DNA of 62,793 nt from the NCBI GenBank assembly GCA_041635475.1, contig JBFKVA010000001.1:1-62793 (forward strand). The letters run 5' to 3'. Positions 1-9,643 of the stretch are shown here, one piece after another. The notes below the pieces were generated by a model. That model did no database searches. It was not told the DNA's origin and saw only the letters and a list, made by a program, of their open reading frames with translations. Source of the DNA: Acidimicrobiia bacterium. GTDB lineage: Bacteria; Actinomycetota; Acidimicrobiia; Spongiisociales; JAENVV01. Every line of letters begins with the position of its first letter. The stretch's first letter is position 1. The translations under genes were made by a program, and so were the position numbers.

Positions 1-709
<709 letters not shown>

Positions 710-776
710 TTTCCCAAAGGAATTCGAAGTGGTAGTGCTCACTGTGGAGTGCTCGGGGTGCCGAGCACACGTGATT

Positions 777-896
<120 letters not shown>

Positions 897-904
897 TCAT
901 TTGT

Positions 905-942
905 GAGAGGAGGCCGTCCCGGGTAGGGGCGGCCTCTTTCTC
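905..942 (+). terminator. rRNA operon terminator hairpin
   Basis: GAGAGGAGGCCGTCCC-gggta-GGGGCGGCCTCTTTCTC inverted repeat immediately after 5S. Confidence 0.8.
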
Positions 943-959
943 GTGATCGGAGGTACGCG

Positions 960-1745
960 TTGAGTGACAACCGAAGAGGAGGCGCCCGAGGGCCCGGTCC
1001 CCGGGATCGGCGGGGCGCCAGTGGTGGCCGGCAGGCCCGGCCCCGTGATGACGACCGTCCGGCTCGGCAGGACGACCGTCCGGCTCGGGGCGTTCTCAGG
1101 GTGGGTGACACCCCCGGCTCCGAGCTTCCCCGGTGGGTGAGGGACGAGATCCGGCTGGCGACGTCCAAGGACCGATTCCAGCCGACCATGGCCCTCCTGC
1201 AGGACGCAGCGTACGCGTTCGCCTCCGGCAAATACCGTCAGGTGGTTCCCAAGCTGGAGGAGGCCAAGTCGTTGTCGTCGCGCGTGGCCACGATCCGGGA
1301 GCTGCTCGGCCTGAGCTACTACAGGCTCGGACAGTGGGAGCCGGCACTCAAGGAGATGCGGGCGTTTCGTCGCCTGGCCGGTGAGACGACGCACATGGCG
1401 GTCGAGATGGACGCCTTGCGTGCCCTGGGACGACGGGAGGACGTCGACAAGACGTGGCGCCTCTTCAAGGAACTGGGTGGGGACACCTGGGCCAAGTCCG
1501 AGGCCAAGGTGGTGTACGCCTCGTTCCTCCTGGAGGATGGCAGGGCGCGCGAGGCGTGGAGGGTCGTCAAGCCCGAACGCCTCGTGGCCCAGGCCGGTGA
1601 ACACACACTGCGGGAGTGGTACGTGGCAGCCCGGGTGGCGGCGTCGCTCGGTGACTCGGCGACGGCGGCCAAGCTGGCCAAGGCGATCGAGAAGCAGGAT
1701 GTCTCGTTCCCCGGGCTCGAGGATCTCTTCGACGAGATCGGCTGA
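960..1745 (+). CDS. Tetratricopeptide-repeat protein (Rv1691-like, usually downstream of rrn in actinobacteria)
   Basis: R/D-rich N-terminus, then IRELLGLSYYRLGQWEPALKEMRAFRRL...MDALRALGR helical TPR pattern; GGAGG RBS; conserved position. Confidence 0.8.
   Translation: MSDNRRGGARGPGPRDRRGASGGRQARPRDDDRPARQDDRPARGVLRVGDTPGSELPRWVRDEIRLATSKDRFQPTMALLQDAAYAFASGKYRQVVPKLEEAKSLSSRVATIRELLGLSYYRLGQWEPALKEMRAFRRLAGETTHMAVEMDALRALGRREDVDKTWRLFKELGGDTWAKSEAKVVYASFLLEDGRAREAWRVVKPERLVAQAGEHTLREWYVAARVAASLGDSATAAKLAKAIEKQDVSFPGLEDLFDEIG
1050..1088 (+). repeat. Short in-frame tandem duplication (GACGACCGTCCGGCTCGG x2, 21-nt period) encoding DDRPAR
   Basis: Read directly from the sequence. Confidence 0.8.
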
Positions 1746-1826
1746 GGTCGGCTCGGCGGTTTCTGTCGTACGCCGTCCATACGGTCGGCTCCATCCCGCC
1801 TTCCCCGGTCGAGACAGGAGCCATCC

Positions 1827-2174
1827 ATGGATCTCAACATCGTGGTGCTGGCCGGGCACATCGCATCCGACCCCGAACGGAGGTCGTTCGCCTCCGGCAG
1901 CCGCCTCCTGCGCCTCCTCGTGGCGGTCCGTCAGAGTGAGCCGCGCCGAAGGGTCGACGTCCTCCCTGTGGCCTTCTGGGACCCACCCGAGGCCCTGTGG
2001 GACCGTGACCTTGCGGTCGGGGACCGGGTGTGGGTGGCGGGGTCGGTCCAGCGGAGGTTCTGGGCCTCCGACGAAGGGCGCCGCTCCCGGCTGGAACTCG
2101 TCGCCCAGCAAGCCCAGGTGAGAGCGGGCGACGAGGAGCCCGACACCGCCGATGCGTCGGGCGATCGAGCCTGA
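1827..2174 (+). CDS. ssb: Single-stranded DNA-binding protein, short SsbB-like paralog
   Basis: MDLNIVVLAGHIASDPERR...GDRVWVAGSVQRRFW...RRSRLELVA OB-fold pattern; no acidic DDxPF tip; AGGAG RBS. Confidence 0.8.
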   Translation: MDLNIVVLAGHIASDPERRSFASGSRLLRLLVAVRQSEPRRRVDVLPVAFWDPPEALWDRDLAVGDRVWVAGSVQRRFWASDEGRRSRLELVAQQAQVRAGDEEPDTADASGDRA

Positions 2175-2218
2175 TCCCGAGTTCCGGGAGCCACTGGGCC
2201 CCTCTACCCTTGGGCGCC

Positions 2219-3730
2219 ATGCGCATCGCAGTCGCCTCCGCCAACCAGATGAGTGCCGATGCCGGCCTGGGCCTCGGCCATGCCGGAGGAAACGCCGTTG
2301 ACGCATGTGTGGCGGCCGCCCTCGTCGCCATGCTCACCGAGGTGGGCATCTGTTCACTCGGAGCGGGTGGTTTCGTCACGGTGTGGCCGGCTGGCGGGAA
2401 CCCGGTCACGATTGACGGCTACATGGAGATGCCGGGCCGGGGCCTCGAGCCTGATCGGTTCGGGGGTGGCGGGCAGAAGGTGTGGCTCGGCTACGGAGGG
2501 GGAATGGAGACGATCGTCGGGGCCGGCTCGGTGGCAACACCGGGAGGCTTGGGCGCACTCGCCAAGGCCGTCGACCTCTTCGGACAGGCTCCCTGGCACG
2601 CTGTGTTGGATCCGGTGATCGGCCACGCCCGCAACGGCTTTCCCTTGTCGCCGGCCTCTGATCTTTACCTGGAGTTCTCCGCGGAGTCGATCTACGGCGT
2701 CGATCCCCGATCTCGCGCGGCCCTGTTCACCGGTTCGGAACGTCGCACGACCGGGGACCTGATCGAGGTCGCCGACCTGGCAGGCACGCTGGAGGGCCTC
2801 GCATCCGAGGGCGTCGGCCTGCTCTACCGGGGCGAGCTGGGGTCCATGATCAGTGCCCACGTCCTTGCCGAAGGGGGGATCCTCACCCGGGAGGACCTGA
2901 GGACCTACGAGGCGCGGCTGCGGGAGCCGATCCACACGCTCTTCGACGGATGGGAGGTGGCCACCAACCCCGGTCCTGCCATTGGGGGGGCGGCCATGAC
3001 CGCCATGCTGCGGCTGGCCGGACCGGGCTGCTTCGACCTGACCGACCAAAGTCATGTGGACCGGGTCATCGCCGCCCAGCGAGCGGTGATGCGGTTCCGC
3101 CGGTCACGCCTGGACGGCACCGAGCACCCCGATGTGGAGCACCTGCTGGCCCTCAGCGCGGCCGCATCCTGGAAGGAGCTCTTGGGCTCACCCTCGACCG
3201 TCCACGTCTCGGCCGTCGACGGGGACGGGAACGGATGCGCCATCACGATGTCGGCCGGGTACGGCAGTGGTGTCATCGCACCGGGAACGGGGATCTGGCT
3301 GAACAACTCGCTCGGGGAGTTGGAGCTCAATGCGGGCGGGTTCCATCAGTACTCCCCGGGGACTCGTCTCATCTCCAACATGGCCCCCACCATCGCCCGC
3401 AACGGGGAGGGCGCCGTCCTCGCCATCGGGAGCCCGGGGGCGGATCGAATCACCACCGCCCTCCAGCAGACGCTCCTCGGGTTCCTGCACGGCGGACACT
3501 CGATCCAAGAGATCGTCGCCAATCCCCGGCTCCACGTCGAACTCGCCGAGGAGGGCGGGTATCGGGTGGCCCACGAGCCGGGCATCGCCCTCGGTGCCGG
3601 CCATGAGGCCCGCCCCTTCGACGATCTGCACATGTTCTTCGGGGGCGTCGCCGGGGCCCTGTGTGACCCGGCGGGCCGAGTGGAAGCAGCCGCAGATCCC
3701 CGTAGGGCAGGCGGTGTGGCGACCGGGTGA
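2219..3730 (+). CDS. ggt: Gamma-glutamyltransferase family protein
   Basis: GGNAVDACVAA, GAGGF, SVATPG, STVHVSAVDGDGN (nucleophile Thr), GIWLNN, GSPGADRI, AAADPRR; start moved to ATG 2219, which has TACCCT 8 nt upstream. Confidence 0.9.
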   Translation: MRIAVASANQMSADAGLGLGHAGGNAVDACVAAALVAMLTEVGICSLGAGGFVTVWPAGGNPVTIDGYMEMPGRGLEPDRFGGGGQKVWLGYGGGMETIVGAGSVATPGGLGALAKAVDLFGQAPWHAVLDPVIGHARNGFPLSPASDLYLEFSAESIYGVDPRSRAALFTGSERRTTGDLIEVADLAGTLEGLASEGVGLLYRGELGSMISAHVLAEGGILTREDLRTYEARLREPIHTLFDGWEVATNPGPAIGGAAMTAMLRLAGPGCFDLTDQSHVDRVIAAQRAVMRFRRSRLDGTEHPDVEHLLALSAAASWKELLGSPSTVHVSAVDGDGNGCAITMSAGYGSGVIAPGTGIWLNNSLGELELNAGGFHQYSPGTRLISNMAPTIARNGEGAVLAIGSPGADRITTALQQTLLGFLHGGHSIQEIVANPRLHVELAEEGGYRVAHEPGIALGAGHEARPFDDLHMFFGGVAGALCDPAGRVEAAADPRRAGGVATG

Positions 3731-3802
3731 GGATCCCTGTCGATGGCCCGACGGCTCGTGTACGCTCGGCCGAGCAAGACGCGATCACACGGAGGTGGTG
3801 GA

Positions 3803-3979
3803 ATGCCGTGGGTCTGGTCCGACGAGCTTGCGAACCGCCTGGTGGAGTCGGGCATCATCGAGCCCGATCGGGTTCGAGACAGCCTCCCGGTGGCTTTCGC
3901 CGTTGACGACCCAACCGACCTCGTCCGCCTGGGACGAACCCTGCTCGGGATCGAGCCGAGCGAAGCGCCCGCTTCATGA
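3803..3979 (+). CDS. Small hypothetical protein (58 aa)
   Basis: GGAGG RBS before ATG 3803, GC3-rich codons, ATGA overlap with the SURF1 gene. Confidence 0.55.
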   Translation: MPWVWSDELANRLVESGIIEPDRVRDSLPVAFAVDDPTDLVRLGRTLLGIEPSEAPAS

Positions 3980-4728
3980 CGGTGCGCGCCCTGCTGGCAC
4001 GACCGAGGTGGTTCATTTTGGCCGTGCTCATGGCCGTGGTCGTACCCGGCTCGGTACGTCTCGGCCTGTGGCAGCTTGACCGCCTCGACGAACGAATGGC
4101 GCTCAACACGATCTGGGAGCACCGGTTGGCGGCGGATCCCGTGCCGGTGGACGTGATCACCTCCAACGCGGCCGCACTTGCTCGTGAGGACCTGCGCCAT
4201 GTCCGCGTGGAAGTGGAGGGGACGTTCGTCGTCGACGAGCAGATCCTCGTCCGCAACCGACCGCAAGGTGGCCGCAACGGCAACTGGGTCGTCACGCCGA
4301 TGGTTCGCCACGGCGGCTCCACCCTGGCGATCCTCCGTGGGTGGGTGCCGTTCGAGGTGGTCGACCCCTCGGACCGTCGCCTCACGCCGCCACGTGGGCT
4401 CGTCGTGGTCGAGGGAGTTCTCATCCCCGGAGAGGAGCCGGCCGGACTTGGTCCCCGCGACGAGAGTGAAGGGCGGTTGGCCCGCATGGTCCTGCTCGAC
4501 CTCGAACGCCTCGGGGAACAGGTGGGGGCCGACCTGGGCGGGTACTACGTCCAGCAGACGTCACCGGGCGACCTGCCGGCCCTGGTGGGGCTGGTGGACA
4601 TCGACGACGATGGTCCGCACTTGGCGTACGCCATCCAGTGGTTCTCGTTCGCCCTCATCGGGGCCGCGGGGTTCGCGGTGCTGGTTCGGAGGGAGTCGAA
4701 GCTCCTCAGAAAGGAACCAGATGTGTAG
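3976..4728 (+). CDS. SURF1 family protein
   Basis: N-terminal TM, LGLWQLDRL, VVTPM, ILRGWVP, HLAYAIQWFSFA and C-terminal TM. Confidence 0.92.
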   Translation: MTVRALLARPRWFILAVLMAVVVPGSVRLGLWQLDRLDERMALNTIWEHRLAADPVPVDVITSNAAALAREDLRHVRVEVEGTFVVDEQILVRNRPQGGRNGNWVVTPMVRHGGSTLAILRGWVPFEVVDPSDRRLTPPRGLVVVEGVLIPGEEPAGLGPRDESEGRLARMVLLDLERLGEQVGADLGGYYVQQTSPGDLPALVGLVDIDDDGPHLAYAIQWFSFALIGAAGFAVLVRRESKLLRKEPDV

Positions 4729-4930
4729 ATCGATCCAGGACCTGCGTCGGGCAGACCCGGCGGCCACCTACGACGATGCGCGGGCTGCGGCTCGCCAGTA
4801 CGTCCGCAAGGTGAGCGGCTACCGCTCACCGTCGCGGGCCAACGAAGCCGCGTTCGAATCCGCGGTCGAACAGGTGGCGGAGGCGACTCGCACACTCCTC
4901 GACCGGGTGGGGGCACCGCTGGCCCCCTGA
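4721..4930 (+). CDS. DUF2277 family protein
   Basis: MCRSIQDLR...AAARQYVRKVSGYRSPSRANEAAFESAV...LL motif; AAGGA RBS. Confidence 0.85.
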   Translation: MCRSIQDLRRADPAATYDDARAAARQYVRKVSGYRSPSRANEAAFESAVEQVAEATRTLLDRVGAPLAP

Positions 4931-4978
4931 GGTCGCCGGCCGAACCCGCCAGGGTCCCCGGAATCGGCACCGGCGGTC

Positions 4979-5980
4979 CTACTCGGTGCTCGTCTCGGCC
5001 AGCTCCACGGCCAGGTCGGCCATCATCTGCTGGGCCTTGGTGATGTGGCCCACGGTGGCCAGGCCGTGGGCGTGGCCGCGGGCGGTTTCCCCGGCCTGGA
5101 GTCGCAACGCCGACGTCCGGGCATGGGCTGCTGCCCGCTCCAGCTCGGCCGCCAGCAGCCCGTACCGATCCACGGCCGAGGCGATCGCCGGATGCAGCGC
5201 ATCACGGGCGACCTTGGTGGCGACGGTGTCGGGGGAGTCCGGCGGTGCCTCCGCCAGCACCGCTCGCGCGTCGGCGATCGTGAACCGTCCGTGGGTCACC
5301 TCACGGCCGACGATGATGCCGGCGGCTCGCCGATCACCCGAGCGAACGGCCATGACGTCACGGAGGTCGTCGAGGTCCCGGACACCGCCGGCGACGATGA
5401 CCGGTTGGGCGACCGTCTCCAGCGTGGTGACCAAGATGGAGAGATTCGGCGGCTCGAGCAACGCATCCCGACCTGCCTCCGACACCAGGTAGGCGGCGGC
5501 CCCGGCCGACCACATCTCGAGCAGGACTTCCTCGAGGAAGCGGCCCGAGTCCATCGTCCACCCGCGAACGGCGATCTCCTCGTTGGGGCGCACATCGAGT
5601 GAGATGGCGATCTTCCCCGGATGGTCGCGGCACAGGTCGTACACCAAGTTCTGGTTCTCGATGGCCGCAGTCCCCATCACCACCCTCCACGCGCCGGCAT
5701 CGACGAGCCGCTTCGCTTCCCCGTGCGATCGGACGCCGCCGGCAACCTGAACGGGAATCCCCACCTCGGCGATGAGGCGATCGATGAGGTCGCGGTTCCG
5801 GTAGTCGCGATAGGCAGCCGCATCGAGGTCGACGATGTGTAGACGATCGACGCCCTGGGCCTCCCAGGCCTTGGCGCGCCCGATTGGATCGTTGTCCAGT
5901 GTGATCGACGCCTCGAGGTCGCCCCGTTGAAGACGAACCGAACGCCCCCCGAGGATGTTCACCCGTGCATACAGCTCCAT
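4979..5980 (-). CDS. HisA/PriA-like TIM-barrel protein (divergent) with C-terminal helical extension
   Basis: GGRSVRL, LHIVDLDAA, VQVAGGVRS, RVVMGTAA, ISLDVR, VIVAGGV; first catalytic Asp is Asn (ARVNI); about 85 extra C-terminal residues. Confidence 0.8.
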   Translation of the reverse strand: MELYARVNILGGRSVRLQRGDLEASITLDNDPIGRAKAWEAQGVDRLHIVDLDAAAYRDYRNRDLIDRLIAEVGIPVQVAGGVRSHGEAKRLVDAGAWRVVMGTAAIENQNLVYDLCRDHPGKIAISLDVRPNEEIAVRGWTMDSGRFLEEVLLEMWSAGAAAYLVSEAGRDALLEPPNLSILVTTLETVAQPVIVAGGVRDLDDLRDVMAVRSGDRRAAGIIVGREVTHGRFTIADARAVLAEAPPDSPDTVATKVARDALHPAIASAVDRYGLLAAELERAAAHARTSALRLQAGETARGHAHGLATVGHITKAQQMMADLAVELAETSTE

Positions 5981-6056
5981 CGTGGTCCTTTGTGGTCTGG
6001 GTCGAGCTTACGTCGGCGGCCGCGATCGTGCGAAGGGCCCGGGTCGAGTGGGCGGC

Positions 6057-7370
6057 TCAGGGGCCCTGGAACTCGTAGATCGGGCCGAGTTCGAGGAGGG
6101 AGGTGAGTTCGTCGAGCGCCCGGCGGCCCTCGTCGAGGAGGGAGGGATCGGCCAGGTCGGTGAGGGCGAGCTCGTCGCGGTAATGGCGGTGAACCCACTG
6201 CTCGAGCCGATCCAACCGATCGCTGTCGGCGATCACGCCCTCTGGCACCGCGGCCAGCTCATCGGGTGTCAGCACCACTCGCAGGCGAAGGCAGGCGGGA
6301 CCGCCTCCGTTCGACATGGACTGGCGGAGGTCAAGGGTGACGACCTCGTCGACTCCCCGGTCCAGGAGCCACTCGGTCGCCTCCTTCGCCTGGGGTTGCT
6401 CGGTGACCTCTGACGGTGCGAGCAGCAGGCGCGCCCCGTCGGGAAGGGCGACGAGCTGGCTGTTGAACAGGTAGCTGTTGACGGCCTGGGACAGGGAGAG
6501 CAGGCGCCTGGGCACGGTCACCACGTGGAGGGAGGCGCCGAGGATCGAACGCATCGCCCCAATCGTCGCGGGTTGGTCGGCGTACGCCTCCTCGTGACAG
6601 ATGAGGAGGTCGCGGTCACCGACCGCGATGACATCGTTGTGGAACACGCCGGCGTCGATGGCGGCGGGGGACTGCTGGGCGAATACGGTCCTGACAGGGT
6701 CGAGCCCGTGCTGGCGGGCGATGGCGGCCGAGGCGAGCGCGGACTGCCGGGCACGATACGTGGATCCGCCGGCACCACCGTGCACGAACAGGTGGACTCC
6801 CGCTCCGTCGTGGGTCCCCGAGGAGAGCCGGGTGTGGTTGGCGGCACCTTCGTCCCCGGACTCACCCGAGCCGGGGATCGCCTCATGGACGACGAATCGC
6901 TCGGTGTCCGCGAAATACCGGGCCAGGACGGAGTGTGTGGTTCGTGACTCGATCGAGCGATGGAGGTGCGACGACAGGTTGGCCGGGGTCAGGTGGACCC
7001 GCCCGTCGAGCGTGTCCGACGACGGGGACACGGTGGCGGCGTTGGCGGTCCACATGGCCGAGGCCGATGACACGGCCGATACGAGGCCGGGGTCCCGGCG
7101 AAACGCACGTGCCAGCACGTCGGTGTCCGATCCGGTGAAGCCGAATCTGCGGAGTGTGGGGAGATGGGGCCGCTCGTGGGGAAGGAGCACGCCCTGGGGA
7201 ATACCCCGCTCGACGAGGAGCCGCATCTTGGCGATGCCCTGGAGGGCGGCGGTCCGTGGTGACGAGACGAGGCGCGCATGTCGTTGGGAGGCGAGGTTTC
7301 CCCGGCCCAGCCCTCCGTAGTGGTGGGTTGGACCGACGAGCCCGTCGAAGTTGACTTCGACCGCGCTCAC
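6057..7370 (-). CDS. astB: N-succinylarginine dihydrolase
   Basis: EVNFDGLVGPTHHYGGL, SASAMWTANAATVSPS, DEGAANHTR, GVFHNDVI, YLFNSQL, QSMSNGGGPACLRLRV. Confidence 0.96.
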   Translation of the reverse strand: MSAVEVNFDGLVGPTHHYGGLGRGNLASQRHARLVSSPRTAALQGIAKMRLLVERGIPQGVLLPHERPHLPTLRRFGFTGSDTDVLARAFRRDPGLVSAVSSASAMWTANAATVSPSSDTLDGRVHLTPANLSSHLHRSIESRTTHSVLARYFADTERFVVHEAIPGSGESGDEGAANHTRLSSGTHDGAGVHLFVHGGAGGSTYRARQSALASAAIARQHGLDPVRTVFAQQSPAAIDAGVFHNDVIAVGDRDLLICHEEAYADQPATIGAMRSILGASLHVVTVPRRLLSLSQAVNSYLFNSQLVALPDGARLLLAPSEVTEQPQAKEATEWLLDRGVDEVVTLDLRQSMSNGGGPACLRLRVVLTPDELAAVPEGVIADSDRLDRLEQWVHRHYRDELALTDLADPSLLDEGRRALDELTSLLELGPIYEFQGP

Positions 7371-8416
7371 AGGACAGTGCGGCCGGGGCGAAGGGGCGTG
7401 ATCCGGACCTCGGCGCCGCCGTCGAGGCCGAGGGTGTCGAGGACGGCCGGGTCCACCTTCAGGGTCCCCTGCGACAGCAGGTAGTGCGTCGTTGCCACGC
7501 AGCGGAAGGACTCGACGCCGGTGCTCGCGATGAGGAGCGGGTCCGGGCCAGGTGGTGGGTTCTCCATCGGAGCGATCACCTCGAGGGCGGACTGGCGGAC
7601 CGCCCTCAGGTCCTTGATGCGCGCGTCGAGGCTGGCCCCGCCGTCGAAGATGTCGACGTAGCCCTGGTAGCGGAAGCCCTCGGATTCGAGGAGGCGGCGG
7701 GCCGGGAGGGTGCTCGGGTGCACCTCGCCGATGACCTTGCGTGCGCTGTCGGGCAGCAGAGGGGCGTAGATCGGGTGCCGGGGCATGAGCTCGGCGATGA
7801 ACGCCCGGTTGCCGGTGGCCGACAGCCGATCAGCCTCCGGGAACGGCAGCTGGAAGAAGTGCCGACCTAGCCCTTCCCAGAACGGGGCCGATCCGTCGTC
7901 GTCCTGGAATCCCCGCATCTCGGCCATGACTCGGTCTGGAAAGCGGTCTGGGTGCTGGGCCATGAACAGCATCCGGGAAAGGCTCAGGAGGCGCCCGTTG
8001 CCGGCTCCGACGTGGTCCTCGTGGAGGTAGAGCGACGCCACCTCGGCGCTCCCCGTGTAGTCGTTCGAGAGGTAGAGCGTGTGGGTCCGCCGGTAGACGC
8101 CGAGCTCCCGGCTGGAGGCCACCGTGGTTCCCACCCGGTAGGAGTAGAACGGCTCGGAGAGGCCGACGGCGCTGAACACCGATGCCGAACCGAGCACCGT
8201 CTCGGTTGCGCCGTCGACGAGGACGAAGAGGTAGTCGTTCTCGGCCGGCATCGGCTCGGCGTTCTCCCACGCCTGTCGGGCGCGCTCCACGCGCGGGGCG
8301 ACGAACTCGTGCTCTGGCCGGATCGACGACATCCCGTTGAGCCGTTCTCCGGCATGGGAGTAGAGCGCGACGAGCCCCTCGATGTCTGACATGAGAACCG
8401 CACGGACGTACATCAT
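7367..8416 (-). CDS. astA: Arginine N-succinyltransferase
   Basis: VGLSEPFYSYR, LSNDYTGSAEVASLYL, GRLLSLSR, AEMRG, PFWEGLGRHFF, FIAELMP, YVDIFDGG. Confidence 0.95.
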   Translation of the reverse strand: MMYVRAVLMSDIEGLVALYSHAGERLNGMSSIRPEHEFVAPRVERARQAWENAEPMPAENDYLFVLVDGATETVLGSASVFSAVGLSEPFYSYRVGTTVASSRELGVYRRTHTLYLSNDYTGSAEVASLYLHEDHVGAGNGRLLSLSRMLFMAQHPDRFPDRVMAEMRGFQDDDGSAPFWEGLGRHFFQLPFPEADRLSATGNRAFIAELMPRHPIYAPLLPDSARKVIGEVHPSTLPARRLLESEGFRYQGYVDIFDGGASLDARIKDLRAVRQSALEVIAPMENPPPGPDPLLIASTGVESFRCVATTHYLLSQGTLKVDPAVLDTLGLDGGAEVRITPLRPGRTVL

Positions 8417-9606
8417 CTGGGTTGCTCCTTTTGCACAAGCGTTGCGGCCCGGGAGAGGAGGACCGCCGTGAGCAACGCGCGCTCGGCGATGCTGTCGGAG
8501 TGGAGGTACTCGCCCACACGGTGGAGGTTGCCGCCGACCGGGCCCAGGTTGTCCACGTTGACGAGGCCCTCGTCGGCCAGGAGGTTACCGTCGCACACGC
8601 CTCCCGTGTCAGCCGCCTCGAGGCGGATGTTCAACTCGCCGGCGATGGCGATCACCTGCTGCAGGAGGCGCTCGTAGGGGGGCGTGCGCGGCTTGGGCGG
8701 CCGTCCGAATCCGCCGTGGAGGGTGGCCGTCAAGCCGTCCCGGGCCGACACCTCGGCCACGAGCGCAGCCAGTTCCGCGCTGACCTGGTCCGCCTGTTGG
8801 GGAGTGCGGACCCGGATGTTGGCCCGCACCACCGCGGTGGCGGGAACGATGTTGACCGCGTCCCCGCCCGAGATGACCCCCGGGTTGGCCAGAAGATCGG
8901 GGTACCTGGTGAAGGCGGCTATCCGCGTGGTGATCTCGGCCGCAGCCACGACCGCATTCCGTCCGAGGTGGTGTTCCCGGCCTGCGTGGGCGGCCCTTCC
9001 TCGCACGGCGATGGCGAAGTTGCCGGAACCGGGACGGGCCGCGGCGATGCCCCCGTCAGGGAACGAGGGTTCGAACCCCAACCCGAGGTCGGCCGTCCGC
9101 GCGGCCTCCCGGATCATCGGGCCGGAACCGGGGGAGCCGACCTCCTCGTCGGGAACGATGAGGAGCCTCCAGCCCACGCGAGGGGCGACGGCGGCCAGGG
9201 ATCCGAGGGCCAGCCACAGTTGCACGATGCCGCCCTTGGCATCGGCCACCCCCGGCCCCGTCACGGGTTCGGTCGAGAAGTCTGCGGGGAAGTCGACGTC
9301 GGGGGAGAAGACGGTGTCGTGGTGCCCGATGAGCAGGACGGCCGGCCCGCTTCCCGGATGGTCGACCGCGACCATCGGTCCGAGCGGTATGTCGCGGGTC
9401 CCGCCCCGGTCGTCGACGTCGATCATGGTCCCCGCCGGGGTCACCGAGACGGACCCGAGATCGGCGAACATCTCGGTGAGGAGGGTCGCCGACGCTTCCA
9501 GGCCATCCAGGTTGTGGGAGTGGGTGTTGATTCCCACGAGCTGTGTGAGGAGGGAACGCCCGCTCGCCGCATTGTCCGCTATCCAGCTATGCAATCTGTC
9601 ATGCAT
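8413..9606 (-). CDS. M20/M25/M40 metallo-hydrolase (PRK07338-like), candidate AstE substitute
   Basis: INTHSHN, IGHHDTVF, GPGVADAKGG, PDEEVGS, FEPS, GRAAHAGR, TGGVCDGN, GGNLH; ATGA overlap with astA; start set at ATG 9606. Confidence 0.85.
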   Translation of the reverse strand: MHDRLHSWIADNAASGRSLLTQLVGINTHSHNLDGLEASATLLTEMFADLGSVSVTPAGTMIDVDDRGGTRDIPLGPMVAVDHPGSGPAVLLIGHHDTVFSPDVDFPADFSTEPVTGPGVADAKGGIVQLWLALGSLAAVAPRVGWRLLIVPDEEVGSPGSGPMIREAARTADLGLGFEPSFPDGGIAAARPGSGNFAIAVRGRAAHAGREHHLGRNAVVAAAEITTRIAAFTRYPDLLANPGVISGGDAVNIVPATAVVRANIRVRTPQQADQVSAELAALVAEVSARDGLTATLHGGFGRPPKPRTPPYERLLQQVIAIAGELNIRLEAADTGGVCDGNLLADEGLVNVDNLGPVGGNLHRVGEYLHSDSIAERALLTAVLLSRAATLVQKEQPR

Positions 9607-9643
9607 GAGTGCGACGCAGCGTACCCGGTAGACTCGCTCGGCG

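Noticed and set aside
2171-2218. A third CTGA-type start for ggt overlapping the ssb stop
   Set aside because: It is in frame, but a canonical ATG at 2219 with a TACCCT -10 explains the gene without it.
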